DNA of 64,000 nucleotides from Steroidobacteraceae bacterium. Lineage in GTDB: Bacteria; Pseudomonadota; Gammaproteobacteria; Steroidobacterales; Steroidobacteraceae. Below the pieces are notes generated by a model that did no database searches, was not told where the DNA came from, and was given only the letters and a program-made list of their open reading frames with translations. This document shows positions 10,265-19,575 of the stretch, in pieces. The stretch lies in the NCBI GenBank assembly GCA_036498345.1, contig DASYFQ010000018.1, positions 29,842-93,841 on the forward strand, read 5' to 3'. Made by a program: the position numbers and the translations under genes. Every line of letters begins with the position of its first letter. Within the stretch, counting starts at the first letter, position 1.

Positions 10265-11073
10265 TGCCGCGGCAGCCTGATGCGACGGCAAGTCCCACGG
10301 CGCGGCTGCGCCAATTACAGCGGGATCTGCAAAGCCATTTGCTGGGCGAACCCAGCTCGATTGCCGCTGCCGTCGTGGATACGCCGCCCCTGCCTGCCTC
10401 TGCCCGATTGGCCATTTATCGCAATGCCTATCGAGTCAGATTGATCGAGGCGCTCGACGATACCTACCCCATTCTGCATGCCTTGCTCGGCGACGAGGTC
10501 TTCGTCGCGCTGGGCGAGGAATTCGTGGCCGCCCACCCTTCCGTGCATCGCTCGATTCGGTGGTACGGAGGCGAGCTCGCGGAATTCTTGGGACAGTGCC
10601 CACCCTATGCCGAGCAGCCTATTCTGGCGGAAGTCGCATTGTTCGAATGGACACTGGCGGAGGTCTTCGACGCAGCGGACGCCGAACCCAAGTTGCGCGC
10701 GGCACTCTCCGCCGTCGACGCGTCGGTATGGGGTGAGCTGCAATTCGAGTTCCACCCATCGTTGCGGCGTCTGCATCTTCACTGGAACACCACCGCCGTC
10801 TGGCAGGCGATGAGCCATGGTGCGACGCCGCCCGACCCGGTGTGCGCCGAGCATCCCGTGCCCTGGCTCCTATGGCGGCAAAATCTGCAGAATTACTTTC
10901 GCTCCATGACGGCTGATGAGGCGGCGGCGCTCGAAACGGCGCTGCGCGGCGGCAATTTCGGCGAGATCTGCGAGTCGCTCGCCGACTGGCTGCCCGGCGG
11001 AGAGATCCCGCTGCGCGCCGCGAGCTTGCTCGGCACTTGGGCGGACAGCGGGATCATCGTCGGCCTCAACTGA
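10264..11073 (+). CDS. DUF2063 domain protein (MNIO partner, BufC-like)
   Basis: LQRDLQSHLLG...AIYRNAYRVRLIEALDDTYP is typical of DUF2063. The ATG at 10264 overlaps the DUF692 stop (TGATG). The ORF track start at 10243 is an alternative. Confidence 0.8.
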   Translation: MPRQPDATASPTARLRQLQRDLQSHLLGEPSSIAAAVVDTPPLPASARLAIYRNAYRVRLIEALDDTYPILHALLGDEVFVALGEEFVAAHPSVHRSIRWYGGELAEFLGQCPPYAEQPILAEVALFEWTLAEVFDAADAEPKLRAALSAVDASVWGELQFEFHPSLRRLHLHWNTTAVWQAMSHGATPPDPVCAEHPVPWLLWRQNLQNYFRSMTADEAAALETALRGGNFGEICESLADWLPGGEIPLRAASLLGTWADSGIIVGLN

Positions 11074-11143
11074 ACGCCGGACGCGGCCCAAGAATAACGA
11101 CCCCCGAAGCGTTGTTCGACCTTCATTGTCGAGAGAACCAATA

Positions 11144-11857
11144 ATGGCAAATCACAGCGTTGAAAATACCCCGCAGCGGTACGCACGAATAGGCGGCTTG
11201 CTATACCTGGCAATCATCATTCTCGGCGCTTTTGCTGAAGGATTTGTCGCCGACAAACTCGTCGTGCCGGGTGACGCTGCGACGACGGCGCACAACATTT
11301 TGGCCTCACCGGAGTTGTGGCGCTTCAGCGTCGCCGGCGACTTGATCGTCGCGTTATGTGCCGTGCCATTGATGTGGATTGAGTATCTGTTGCTCAGACC
11401 AGTCAACAAGCACCTGGTTCTGCTTGCCGTGTTATTCAATCTGGTGTCCCTTGCTGTTGAAGCGATGAGCAAGTTGTTTCTTATCGTAGTGATGCCTATA
11501 TTGGGGAACGCCGATTACCTAAGAGCATTTGAACCCCAGCAGCTACAGATTCTCGCGAACCTGGCTCTCAAATCACATGACATTGCCTTCAATATTGCCC
11601 TGATATTTTTTGGCTTCACCTGTCTGGTGAATGGTTACCTGATCTTTAGATCGGGCTATTTTCCGAAGCTTATCGGTATATTGATGCAGCTTGCCGGCCT
11701 GAGTTACCTGACGGCCTGTTTTTCGGCGCTTTTTGCCCCTGCATTCGCCGGTCTGATAATTCCTGCCGTTCTGATTCTGCCGTTGATTGGAGAGTCGTCA
11801 TTTTGCCTGTGGCTTCTCGTGAAGGGAGTGAATATCGCGAAGTGGAATGCATCTTGA
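11144..11857 (+). CDS. DUF4386-like polytopic membrane protein
   Basis: The N-terminus QRYARIGGLLYLAIIILGAFAEGFV...AATTAHNILASPELWR resembles DUF4386. Several TM segments. GC is visibly lower than in the flanks. Confidence 0.65.
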   Translation: MANHSVENTPQRYARIGGLLYLAIIILGAFAEGFVADKLVVPGDAATTAHNILASPELWRFSVAGDLIVALCAVPLMWIEYLLLRPVNKHLVLLAVLFNLVSLAVEAMSKLFLIVVMPILGNADYLRAFEPQQLQILANLALKSHDIAFNIALIFFGFTCLVNGYLIFRSGYFPKLIGILMQLAGLSYLTACFSALFAPAFAGLIIPAVLILPLIGESSFCLWLLVKGVNIAKWNAS

Positions 11858-11859
11858 TA

Positions 11860-12420
11860 TTACCCATCGTTGCCGCGCTCACGGAGCGCCGTGATCGCTC
11901 GCGCGGCGTCCATCAAATTGGGTGCGATGATATCCGGCTGGGCCCGCACGGCCGTTGACGAGTCGGGGGCGATCAATATCGTAGTCGCTCCCGCGCGGCG
12001 GCCGAACTCTATGTCCGATTCCTTGTCCCCGATCATGATGGCCGACGCGGGATCAAAGCCTAAATCGGAAGCCGCCCGCAAGAGCAAACCAAGCTGCGGT
12101 TTTCGACAGGCGCAGCCGTCATCCGGCGCGTGCGGGCAATAATAAATGCCCTCGAGTCTGGCCCCTATCTCTTCCATCATGACATTCAAGCGCGTATTCA
12201 TTGCCTCGACCCGTTCGGTGGTAAAGAAGCCTCTCCCCACGCCGGACTGATTGGTAATGACGACCAGGCGGTAACCGCGGGAGTACAGCCATTTCATGCC
12301 TTCCGCTGCTCCGGGCTCGAATTCCAGGCCGGCCGGGTCGCTCAGGTATCCGCGGTCGATCACCAGGGTGCCGTCGCGATCCAGGATCACGACCTTGTCC
12401 GCTGCATTCCCGCCGCTCAC
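11860..12420 (-). CDS. gmhB: D-glycero-beta-D-manno-heptose 1,7-bisphosphate 7-phosphatase
   Basis: HAD motif VILDRDGTL, VVITNQSGVGRG, and the Zn-loop YYCPHAPDDGCACRKPQ. Overlaps the hldE stop by 4 nt. Confidence 0.85.
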   Translation of the reverse strand: MSGGNAADKVVILDRDGTLVIDRGYLSDPAGLEFEPGAAEGMKWLYSRGYRLVVITNQSGVGRGFFTTERVEAMNTRLNVMMEEIGARLEGIYYCPHAPDDGCACRKPQLGLLLRAASDLGFDPASAIMIGDKESDIEFGRRAGATTILIAPDSSTAVRAQPDIIAPNLMDAARAITALRERGNDG

Positions 12421-13889
12421 GAGCCGGATGACCCGGTGACGCGCGTGACGGTATCGGTCGTGCTATGACCGGCCAGGAGATCCGCGAGCAGCACCCTGCC
12501 GCCGCGCCGGATGACGAAGTCAGCACCGACGACCTGGTCCAGCGTGTAATCCGCGCCTTTGACCAAGACGTCCGGCGCCAGCGCTTCGATGAGATCGATC
12601 GGCGTGTCTTCGGCAAAGATCACCACGGCGTCGACGGATTTTACCGCCGAGAGCACGGTCGCACGCGCCACCTCCGCTTGTATCGGGCGGTTCGGACCTT
12701 TCAAGCGCCGAATCGACGAATCGGCGTTGAGCCCCACGATCAGGCGATCCGCGCTGTGGCGGGCCTGCTCGAGCAGCGATATGTGCCCTGGATGCAGCAA
12801 ATCGAAACAGCCGTTCGCGAACGCAATCTTGAGGCCCTGTTCGCGCCAGCTGCGGGCCAATTGCAGGACGGTGTCCAATGCGAAGATTTTTTGCGGATCC
12901 GTACTTCCGTCGAACGGCCTCTGCACTGCGATCATTTCTCCCGCGGTGACGGTCGCGGTACCCCGCTTTCCCACGACGATGCCGGCGGCAATATTCGCCA
13001 GCGCCGCGGCGTCTACCACGTCAGCTCCCGCCGCAAGACCGAGCGATATCACGGCGACCACGGTGTCGCCCGCCCCCGATACGTCGAAGACCTGCCGCTT
13101 CGCGGTGCGCAGATGCACGGCGCTGCCGCCCGCTCGAACGATGGACATACCGTCCTTGCCGCGCGTGACCACCATGGCGTCACAGATCTCTTGTTCCAAG
13201 ATCCGATGCGCCCCATTGACCACCTGTTCGTCGGCAAGGCACTCCTGCCCGCAGGCCTGCCGCAATTCCAGCTGATTCGGAGTCAGCACGGTTGCGCCCC
13301 GATATCTCGCGAAGTTCTTCGATTTTGGATCGACGATGACGATCTTGCCGGCGCGCCGAGCGATATCGATCGCGGCGCGGGCGACTGGATCCGAAAGAAC
13401 TCCCTTCGCGTAGTCGGACAGCACGACCACTCCCGCACCGGCCAGCGCCGCCGAGTATTCATCGAGCAATCGCTCCGCGATGTGAGCCGGAAGCGGATCT
13501 CGACTTTCCCGGTCCGCGCGCATCACTTGCTGTCCGTCCGCCACGTAGCGGGTCTTGACGGTGGTGGGACGCGATGGATCCACGATCAAGCGCGCATCGA
13601 TCGTCACCGAGGAGGCCAGTTGAACGCGCAAGTCTGCCGCCCACGCGTCATCGCCGACTATGCCGAGCAGTATCGCACGGGCGCCCAGGGCCGCGATGTT
13701 GCGCGCGACATTCGCCGCGCCGCCCGGCATGTCCAGAAACCGTTCTACGTTGACCACCGGAATCGGCGCCTCCGGCGAGATCCGTTCCACCGAGCCATAG
13801 ATGAATCGATCGAGCATGACGTCGCCCAGCACCAGCACGCGTGCCGCGGGGAATCCGCTCAACAGCCGGATCAGCGCCTCGGATTTCAT
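12417..13889 (-). CDS. hldE: bifunctional heptose 7-phosphate kinase / heptose 1-phosphate adenylyltransferase
   Basis: N-terminal pfkB-type kinase and C-terminal cytidylyltransferase (FANGCFDLLHPGHISLL). Start set at the ATG at 13889 (MKSEALIRLL), giving a 4-nt overlap with the gmhA stop. Confidence 0.9.
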   Translation of the reverse strand: MKSEALIRLLSGFPAARVLVLGDVMLDRFIYGSVERISPEAPIPVVNVERFLDMPGGAANVARNIAALGARAILLGIVGDDAWAADLRVQLASSVTIDARLIVDPSRPTTVKTRYVADGQQVMRADRESRDPLPAHIAERLLDEYSAALAGAGVVVLSDYAKGVLSDPVARAAIDIARRAGKIVIVDPKSKNFARYRGATVLTPNQLELRQACGQECLADEQVVNGAHRILEQEICDAMVVTRGKDGMSIVRAGGSAVHLRTAKRQVFDVSGAGDTVVAVISLGLAAGADVVDAAALANIAAGIVVGKRGTATVTAGEMIAVQRPFDGSTDPQKIFALDTVLQLARSWREQGLKIAFANGCFDLLHPGHISLLEQARHSADRLIVGLNADSSIRRLKGPNRPIQAEVARATVLSAVKSVDAVVIFAEDTPIDLIEALAPDVLVKGADYTLDQVVGADFVIRRGGRVLLADLLAGHSTTDTVTRVTGSSGS

Positions 13890-14509
13890 GGGCCGGCCGC
13901 TACCAGACCGAGGCGCTGTTCCAACGCCTTGCACAACATGTGGCCGATCAGGCCGTGGAGTTCCTGGATTCTCGCCGTCACAGTCGACGGTACGACGATC
14001 ACGGCATCGCAGGCGCTGCGCATTTTGCCGCCGGTACCGCCGGTGAGACCCACGGTCTTCAGGCCCATCGCTCTCGCCCGATCAAGGCCCCTGAGCACGT
14101 TCGCGCTGTTGCCCGACGTCGATATCGCCACGGCCGCATCTCCCTTGCGGCCCAAGGCTTCGATCTGGCGCTCAAACAAAGCATCGAAGCCCATGTCGTT
14201 GCCGCAGGCCGTCAGCGTCGACGTGTCGGTCGTCAGCGCGATGGCTGAGATCGCCGCACGATCGGCCTGGTAGCGGACGATCAGCTCCGCCGCGATGTGC
14301 TGCGCATCGGCCGCACTGCCGCCGTTTCCAAACAGCAATAACTTACCGCCGCTGCGCACGGCGCGGTCCAGAATGTCGAGCGCCTCGACGAATGGCCGGG
14401 CGAGCATGAGAGCAGTCGCCTCGAACACCCTGCGATGCTCATTCAGTTCTTGTTGCAGCAGGGCTTCCGCCGGCGGGAGCAATGCGCTTTGACTATCGTT
14501 TATTGACAT
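13886..14509 (-). CDS. gmhA: phosphoheptose isomerase (SIS domain)
   Basis: LLLFGNGGSAADAQHIAAEL plus AISTSGNSANV SIS motifs. Lies in the heptose operon. Confidence 0.85.
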   Translation of the reverse strand: MSINDSQSALLPPAEALLQQELNEHRRVFEATALMLARPFVEALDILDRAVRSGGKLLLFGNGGSAADAQHIAAELIVRYQADRAAISAIALTTDTSTLTACGNDMGFDALFERQIEALGRKGDAAVAISTSGNSANVLRGLDRARAMGLKTVGLTGGTGGKMRSACDAVIVVPSTVTARIQELHGLIGHMLCKALEQRLGLVAAGP

Positions 14510-14530
14510 AGGGTCATTGTACGCAGCGGC

Positions 14531-15514
14531 TCAATGATACGGATCGTCTGCAGCGAGATAGTTCCGGACGTACGTCGATATGCCCTCCTCGAGAGAGGTA
14601 AACGGCCGGCCGTAGCCGGCTGATCGCAGCCGGTCCATTCGCGCTTCCGTGAAGTACTGGTACTTCCCGCGCAAGTTTTCCGGCATGTCGACGAACTCGA
14701 TTCTCCGCGGCTGCCCCGCCGCATCGAACAGAGCGTGCGCAAGATCCAGCCAGGTACGCGCCTTACCCGTACCCAAGTTGAACAGACCGGATATTTGCCG
14801 ATGCTCCACGAGCCAAAGAATGACGTCGACACAATCCTGCACGTAGACGAAGTCGCGCAATTGTCCGCCATCCGCATAATCAGGTCGATAGCTTCGGTAG
14901 AGGCCCAGCGGGCGAGCGGCCCGGATCAGCGAGTAGTTCTTGGCGATCACGCTCTGCATGTGGCCCTTGTGATACTCATTCGGCCCATAGACATTGAAGA
15001 ATTTCAGTCCGGCCCATTGCGGCGGCAACGCCTGCTCCTGCTCGGCCAGACGGGCGATGCGCCGATCGACGACATGTTTGCTCCATCCATAGGCATTGAG
15101 CGGGCGCAGCAGCGCGAGCGCGTCGCAGCTGAACGCATCGTCGAATCCGCGGGCGCCGTCGCCGTAGGTAGCCGCCGAGGAGGCGTAAATGAAGCGGGTT
15201 TTCGTTTCGGTGCACCATTCAAGCAACCTCAACGTCGTACGCACGTTATTGAGGGTGATCCGGTCGACATCGGTCTCGGTGGTCGAGCTGATTGCACCCA
15301 TATGGATCACCGCTTCGACTTTGGTCTGATTGCCGCGCAGCCAGTCCGGCAAATCTTCGGGGGAGACGATATCGGCTATCTCGTGTTTCGCCAAATTGCG
15401 CCATCGTTCATCGCTGCGCAACCAATCGCAGACGACCACGTCCTGGCGGCGAGCGGCCAGCGCGGCGACGACATTCGAGCCGATGAAGCCGGCGCCGCCC
15501 GTTACGAGGTACAT
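14531..15514 (-). CDS. hldD: ADP-glyceromanno-heptose 6-epimerase
   Basis: MYLVTGGAGFIGSNVV Rossmann start. The 49-aa N-terminal extension in the ORF track has no family counterpart. Confidence 0.85.
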   Translation of the reverse strand: MYLVTGGAGFIGSNVVAALAARRQDVVVCDWLRSDERWRNLAKHEIADIVSPEDLPDWLRGNQTKVEAVIHMGAISSTTETDVDRITLNNVRTTLRLLEWCTETKTRFIYASSAATYGDGARGFDDAFSCDALALLRPLNAYGWSKHVVDRRIARLAEQEQALPPQWAGLKFFNVYGPNEYHKGHMQSVIAKNYSLIRAARPLGLYRSYRPDYADGGQLRDFVYVQDCVDVILWLVEHRQISGLFNLGTGKARTWLDLAHALFDAAGQPRRIEFVDMPENLRGKYQYFTEARMDRLRSAGYGRPFTSLEEGISTYVRNYLAADDPYH

Positions 15515-15738
15515 TTGTGTCGCCGCCGTAGGGTCGAACGCAGGCACTCCATCCGCGCGGCGCGTATCTCGATCAACCTCTTCACCGGGGTAGTCATGGC
15601 GAAGGACATGATACGTGTTCCCCGGCCGGACGAAAACGCGGTGAACGGCGGCTCGAACCAATTATCGATTCGAACCGCCGTTCGCCCAGCCCTGAGGATC
15701 GCCGCAGGCGTCGGCCAGGCGGCCACAGGTGCAACTTG

Positions 15739-17505
15739 CTACAGGAGCGCGCCCTGCTCGCCCATCATTTGCTTGCGCAGCAACGGAATCGGCGGACCTC
15801 CAAAGGACAAGAACTGGTCATGGAAGTCATGCCACAGCGCTTGTTCATCCGCGGGTGCCGCCGCGGAGGCCGCGCCAGAGTGCTTGGCGGTCCAGTCGGT
15901 CCGCAGTTTCCGAATCATGAGTTTGCCCAGCGTGTAATTCAGATACGCCGGATCATAGGTGCCTCGCGCAGCTTGCTGGCGCGCGTTGCCTGGATCTTGG
16001 AATGCCTGCTCCCGGAACATCTTGTCGGACTGCGCCACGGTCATACCGCGAGTGTGCAATCCGATGGACGACAAGAAGCGGACGTCGCGCAACAAGGCGT
16101 CGGTGATTTGACCGATGTGCTTCTCGGGGTCGCCCTTCCCCAAGCCTTTCTCGTACATCATTTCCTCGCAGTAGTGGGCCCACCCTTCCGCGAACCCATA
16201 TCCCACCCACAAGGCTTCGAGCTTCGTGGGATTGGCGTTCGAATGCAGGAACTGCAAGAAATGTCCGGGCCATACCTCATGCACTGACGTGAACAGCAGC
16301 GTCGCCTCGCTCGGGATATAGGCCTCTTGTTCGGCCTTGCTCCACTTCGGGTCCGGCGGCGCAATGTTATAAACGGACGCGACTCCGTGATCGTAGGGCC
16401 CGGGCACCAGGATGAACGCGGCATTGGAGCGGTTGTAGATCGGCGCCTCCGCGACCTTGGCTTCCTCGGCGCTCGGTATGGAGACCACATTGTTCTTCAC
16501 GATGAAGTCCTTGAGCATCGCCAACTGGGCGCGGGCGGCCTCGACCGCCCCGTCTTTGGGCTTATGCGCCGACACCTTCGCAACACATTGCGCCAGGGTC
16601 GCCTTCGGTGCATAGGTCTCGCACTCGGTCTTGAGCGCCGCCGTATTGCGGTCGAGATCGGCGCGGCCGGCCGCCTCGAGCTGATCGATCGGGACATCCA
16701 CTCGTTCGGTTTGCGAAATCATCTGCGCGTACAGGTCCGGACCCAGAGCAAACTTTTCGTTCGCCTGTTTGCGATCCTCTTCGAATGTCCTCTTGAGGGC
16801 ATCCATCGCCTGCGCCGCCGCGGTGTCAGCCTCAGTGAGCTGCTTTTGCAGCTCGGGATCGTTCACCGATTCGAAGGTGGGAGCCACCTTTTTCGAATAA
16901 AAATCAGCCAAGCCGCCAAACTGCGCGATGCCCAATTCCACATAGGTCTTGGGCAAGGGCGATTGAAGGTTGGCTTTGATGTCGTTGGCCATCTTGGGAA
17001 TGCCGCGCGCGTACTTGATGTACGCCTTCATGCGCGCCTCGAGCGGCGCGTAGTCGCGGTTCAAGTACATGTCGGGATCCAGTCTGCCCATATACCAAGC
17101 CGGGTTGCTGAATGGGAACTTGGCCTTCTCCATCCAGAACAATTCGCCATCGACGACGGCCAGCAGATATTCGCGGTCGAAGCGCTCCCGCGGTTGCAAG
17201 GTTTTCGGATCGACCGCCGCGATTTGATCGCGCTGATCATGCAGGCGGGCGATCTCACGCCTGATTCCGTGATTGCTCAAGTCAGGCAGCTGGCCGTCGA
17301 ATTCGTGGCGGCCGGATTGTGCGGCGAAGAAGGGCCGAGCGGCGAAATAACTCTGGATGAAGCCCGCCGTGAGCTTATCCCACGCCTGACTGGCCGGGGA
17401 TGGACCCTTGGCTCCTCCGGACGCCGGCGGTGACTGATTGCATGCTGTCAGACCGAGAAACAGAACTCCCGACAATGCCGCTCCAACCTTCAGCGACTTC
17501 CACAT
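15739..17505 (-). CDS. DUF885 family lipoprotein
   Basis: Signal peptide with lipobox LGLTAC. The FTSVHEVWPGHFLQ motif and overall character are typical of DUF885. Confidence 0.75.
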   Translation of the reverse strand: MWKSLKVGAALSGVLFLGLTACNQSPPASGGAKGPSPASQAWDKLTAGFIQSYFAARPFFAAQSGRHEFDGQLPDLSNHGIRREIARLHDQRDQIAAVDPKTLQPRERFDREYLLAVVDGELFWMEKAKFPFSNPAWYMGRLDPDMYLNRDYAPLEARMKAYIKYARGIPKMANDIKANLQSPLPKTYVELGIAQFGGLADFYSKKVAPTFESVNDPELQKQLTEADTAAAQAMDALKRTFEEDRKQANEKFALGPDLYAQMISQTERVDVPIDQLEAAGRADLDRNTAALKTECETYAPKATLAQCVAKVSAHKPKDGAVEAARAQLAMLKDFIVKNNVVSIPSAEEAKVAEAPIYNRSNAAFILVPGPYDHGVASVYNIAPPDPKWSKAEQEAYIPSEATLLFTSVHEVWPGHFLQFLHSNANPTKLEALWVGYGFAEGWAHYCEEMMYEKGLGKGDPEKHIGQITDALLRDVRFLSSIGLHTRGMTVAQSDKMFREQAFQDPGNARQQAARGTYDPAYLNYTLGKLMIRKLRTDWTAKHSGAASAAAPADEQALWHDFHDQFLSFGGPPIPLLRKQMMGEQGALL

Positions 17506-17792
17506 AATAGCTCCCCCCTTTATAAGTATTAAGACTCGATACGCAAACCTCGACTCGCGGTTCTAGAACGAATAGGCGCCGCCGCGTTCCGGCGCACGCT
17601 GATGGGCGGCGCGCGCGCGAATACGGCGGCGAAAGACGGTCAATCGGGGACAGCTGGCATCCAGGCCCGCGGGCGAAGCTGCGGCTTCCAGGGGAAAACT
17701 CATTGCACATCCGCCGCGGTGAACTCCGTACCGGCGATGCGCTGCGCGGCGGCGCTGACAGGCACCCGCTGCGACCATGAATCATTGAGGCG

Positions 17793-17852
17793 GTGCACGG
17801 TGATCATGCGTATTGCGCACTGATCATTGCTGTTGCACGGTGATCATTGCCG
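17793..17852 (+). promoter_or_regulatory. three phased 20-bp direct repeats, each containing TGATCAT (GATC), upstream of fbp
   Basis: TGATCAT occurs at 17801, 17821 and 17841, exactly 20 bp apart. Repeat units are GTGCACGGTGATCATGCGTA, TTGCGCACTGATCATTGCTG and TTGCACGGTGATCATTGCCG. Confidence 0.45.
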
Positions 17853-17928
17853 CATTGTATGGCATTCTTCGACCATGAACAGCGCAGGAGAACCCTTAAA
17901 CAAACCCGCTCACGATGACTTACGCATC

Positions 17929-18900
17929 ATGACGCTCCAAGCGCATATTCTCGAACAACACGTCGACCAGCCTCAGGCCGGCGGGACTTTTTCCTGGATC
18001 CTGTCCGCGCTGTCGATCTCTGCGAAGATCATCGCGGACAAGGTGCGCCGCGCGCGGCTGGAAAATGTCCTCGGCAGCATCGGCACCGAGAATGTTCAGG
18101 GCGAAGTCCAGCAAAAGCTCGACGTGATCGCCAACGAAGTATTGCTGCGCTGTTTGGGCGGCCGGGAGGGCGTGGCCATCGTCGCGTCGGAGGAAAACGA
18201 AGAGCCGATGATCCTGCGGGAAGACAACCAGGGCATCCCGCGGTATTGCGTGCTGTTCGATCCTCTCGACGGCTCCTCGAATCTCGATGTCTGCGGGGGT
18301 GTGGGCACGATTTTCAGCATCCTGTCGCACGACAACCGCGCGCAGCACGCCGCGGACTCGCTGCTGCAAGTGGGCGCGCGGCAAATCGCGGCCGGCTATG
18401 TTCTCTACGGCTCATCCACGGTGTTCGTGCTGACCATCGGCAAGGGTGTGGACCTGTTCGTGCTCGATCCAAGCGTCGGGGCTTTCATGCGGGTCGAACG
18501 AAATCTGCGAATCCCCTCGGGGAACAGGACCTACTCGGTCAACGAAGGCAACCGCAGGACATTCCCCGAAGGTTACCGGCGCTACCTTGATTGGGCGCAG
18601 AGCAGCGGCTACTCGAGCCGTTATGCGGGCGCCATGGTCGCCGACGTACACCGCATTTTGCTCAAGGGTGGCGTGTTTTTATACCCGCCGACCACCAAAT
18701 CACCGGAAGGCAAGCTGCGCCTGATGTACGAAGCCAATCCCATGGCCATGATCGTCGAACAGGCCGGCGGCAAGGCCGCCGCCGGCATCGGGCAGCGGAT
18801 CATGGACATCCAACCGACCGCGATTCATCAGCGCACGCCCGTGATATTGGGAGCGGCGGATCAGGTGGATGCGGTGCTCACGCACCTCGCGAGCAGCTGA
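17929..18900 (+). CDS. fbp: fructose-1,6-bisphosphatase class 1
   Basis: TENVQGEVQQKLDVIANE, FDPLDGSSNLDV and other class-1 FBPase motifs. Start chosen at MTLQAHILEQ because it matches the usual Fbp N-terminus. ATG 17875 is an alternative. Confidence 0.9.
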   Translation: MTLQAHILEQHVDQPQAGGTFSWILSALSISAKIIADKVRRARLENVLGSIGTENVQGEVQQKLDVIANEVLLRCLGGREGVAIVASEENEEPMILREDNQGIPRYCVLFDPLDGSSNLDVCGGVGTIFSILSHDNRAQHAADSLLQVGARQIAAGYVLYGSSTVFVLTIGKGVDLFVLDPSVGAFMRVERNLRIPSGNRTYSVNEGNRRTFPEGYRRYLDWAQSSGYSSRYAGAMVADVHRILLKGGVFLYPPTTKSPEGKLRLMYEANPMAMIVEQAGGKAAAGIGQRIMDIQPTAIHQRTPVILGAADQVDAVLTHLASS

Positions 18901-19575
18901 TCAACCATTCTCGCCGGGCGGAAACCACTCGGCCTTGGCCGCGCGAAATTCCGGCAGCGCCTCGCAGCGCTCGGCAATCGCCGCGAGCCCGGGATACGCA
19001 ACCGCCGCGCGATTGATCGCCAGCGCGTCGACCGCGAACGTATACGCGCAGGTCGCGGTGATATCTGCCTGGGTGATGCGATTGCCGATCAGCCATTCGC
19101 CGGCGCGGGCCTGAGACAAACGATTGAGCTCGGCGAGCGCCGCGTGCATTTGGGTGTGGCAACGTTCCATCCACGGCCGGTAGCGCTTCTCCGGAGGCCG
19201 AAACACCGTTTCATAGACCTGTGTTACGCCCTTCTCCGCCGCACCCGTCGCAACCGCCAAGACCCGCAGCGCCTCGCGCCGCTCCTTGCCCGAACGCGGC
19301 AGGAGCGCGCGCTCCGGACCCGCGTACTCATCCAGCAGGTCCAAAATCGCCGCGGATTCGATCAGCGTCTCGCCGTCGGGCTGCACCAAAATCGGAACCC
19401 GGCCGAGGGGGTTGAATTGCCGGATCAACTCGAAGTCCTTGCCGACGGACCAATTACGGTGCTCGAACGCTATTCCGAGCAGATTCATGCTCACGGCGAC
19501 GCGACGCACGAAGGGTGAGTCAAACATACCAATGAGAATCAAGCGACGATGCCTCCGAAGAAATTTAGTGGCCAC
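18901..19575 (-). CDS. glutathione S-transferase
   Basis: Thioredoxin-like N-terminal domain LILIGMFDSPFVRRVAVSMNLLGIAFEH followed by a helical C-terminal domain. Converges on fbp with no spacer. Confidence 0.8.
   Translation of the reverse strand: MATKFLRRHRRLILIGMFDSPFVRRVAVSMNLLGIAFEHRNWSVGKDFELIRQFNPLGRVPILVQPDGETLIESAAILDLLDEYAGPERALLPRSGKERREALRVLAVATGAAEKGVTQVYETVFRPPEKRYRPWMERCHTQMHAALAELNRLSQARAGEWLIGNRITQADITATCAYTFAVDALAINRAAVAYPGLAAIAERCEALPEFRAAKAEWFPPGENG

Noticed and set aside
12465-14273. 602-aa ORF antisense to hldE/gmhA
   Set aside because: The composition is that of a high-GC shadow ORF. The minus strand carries an unmistakable, translationally coupled heptose operon.
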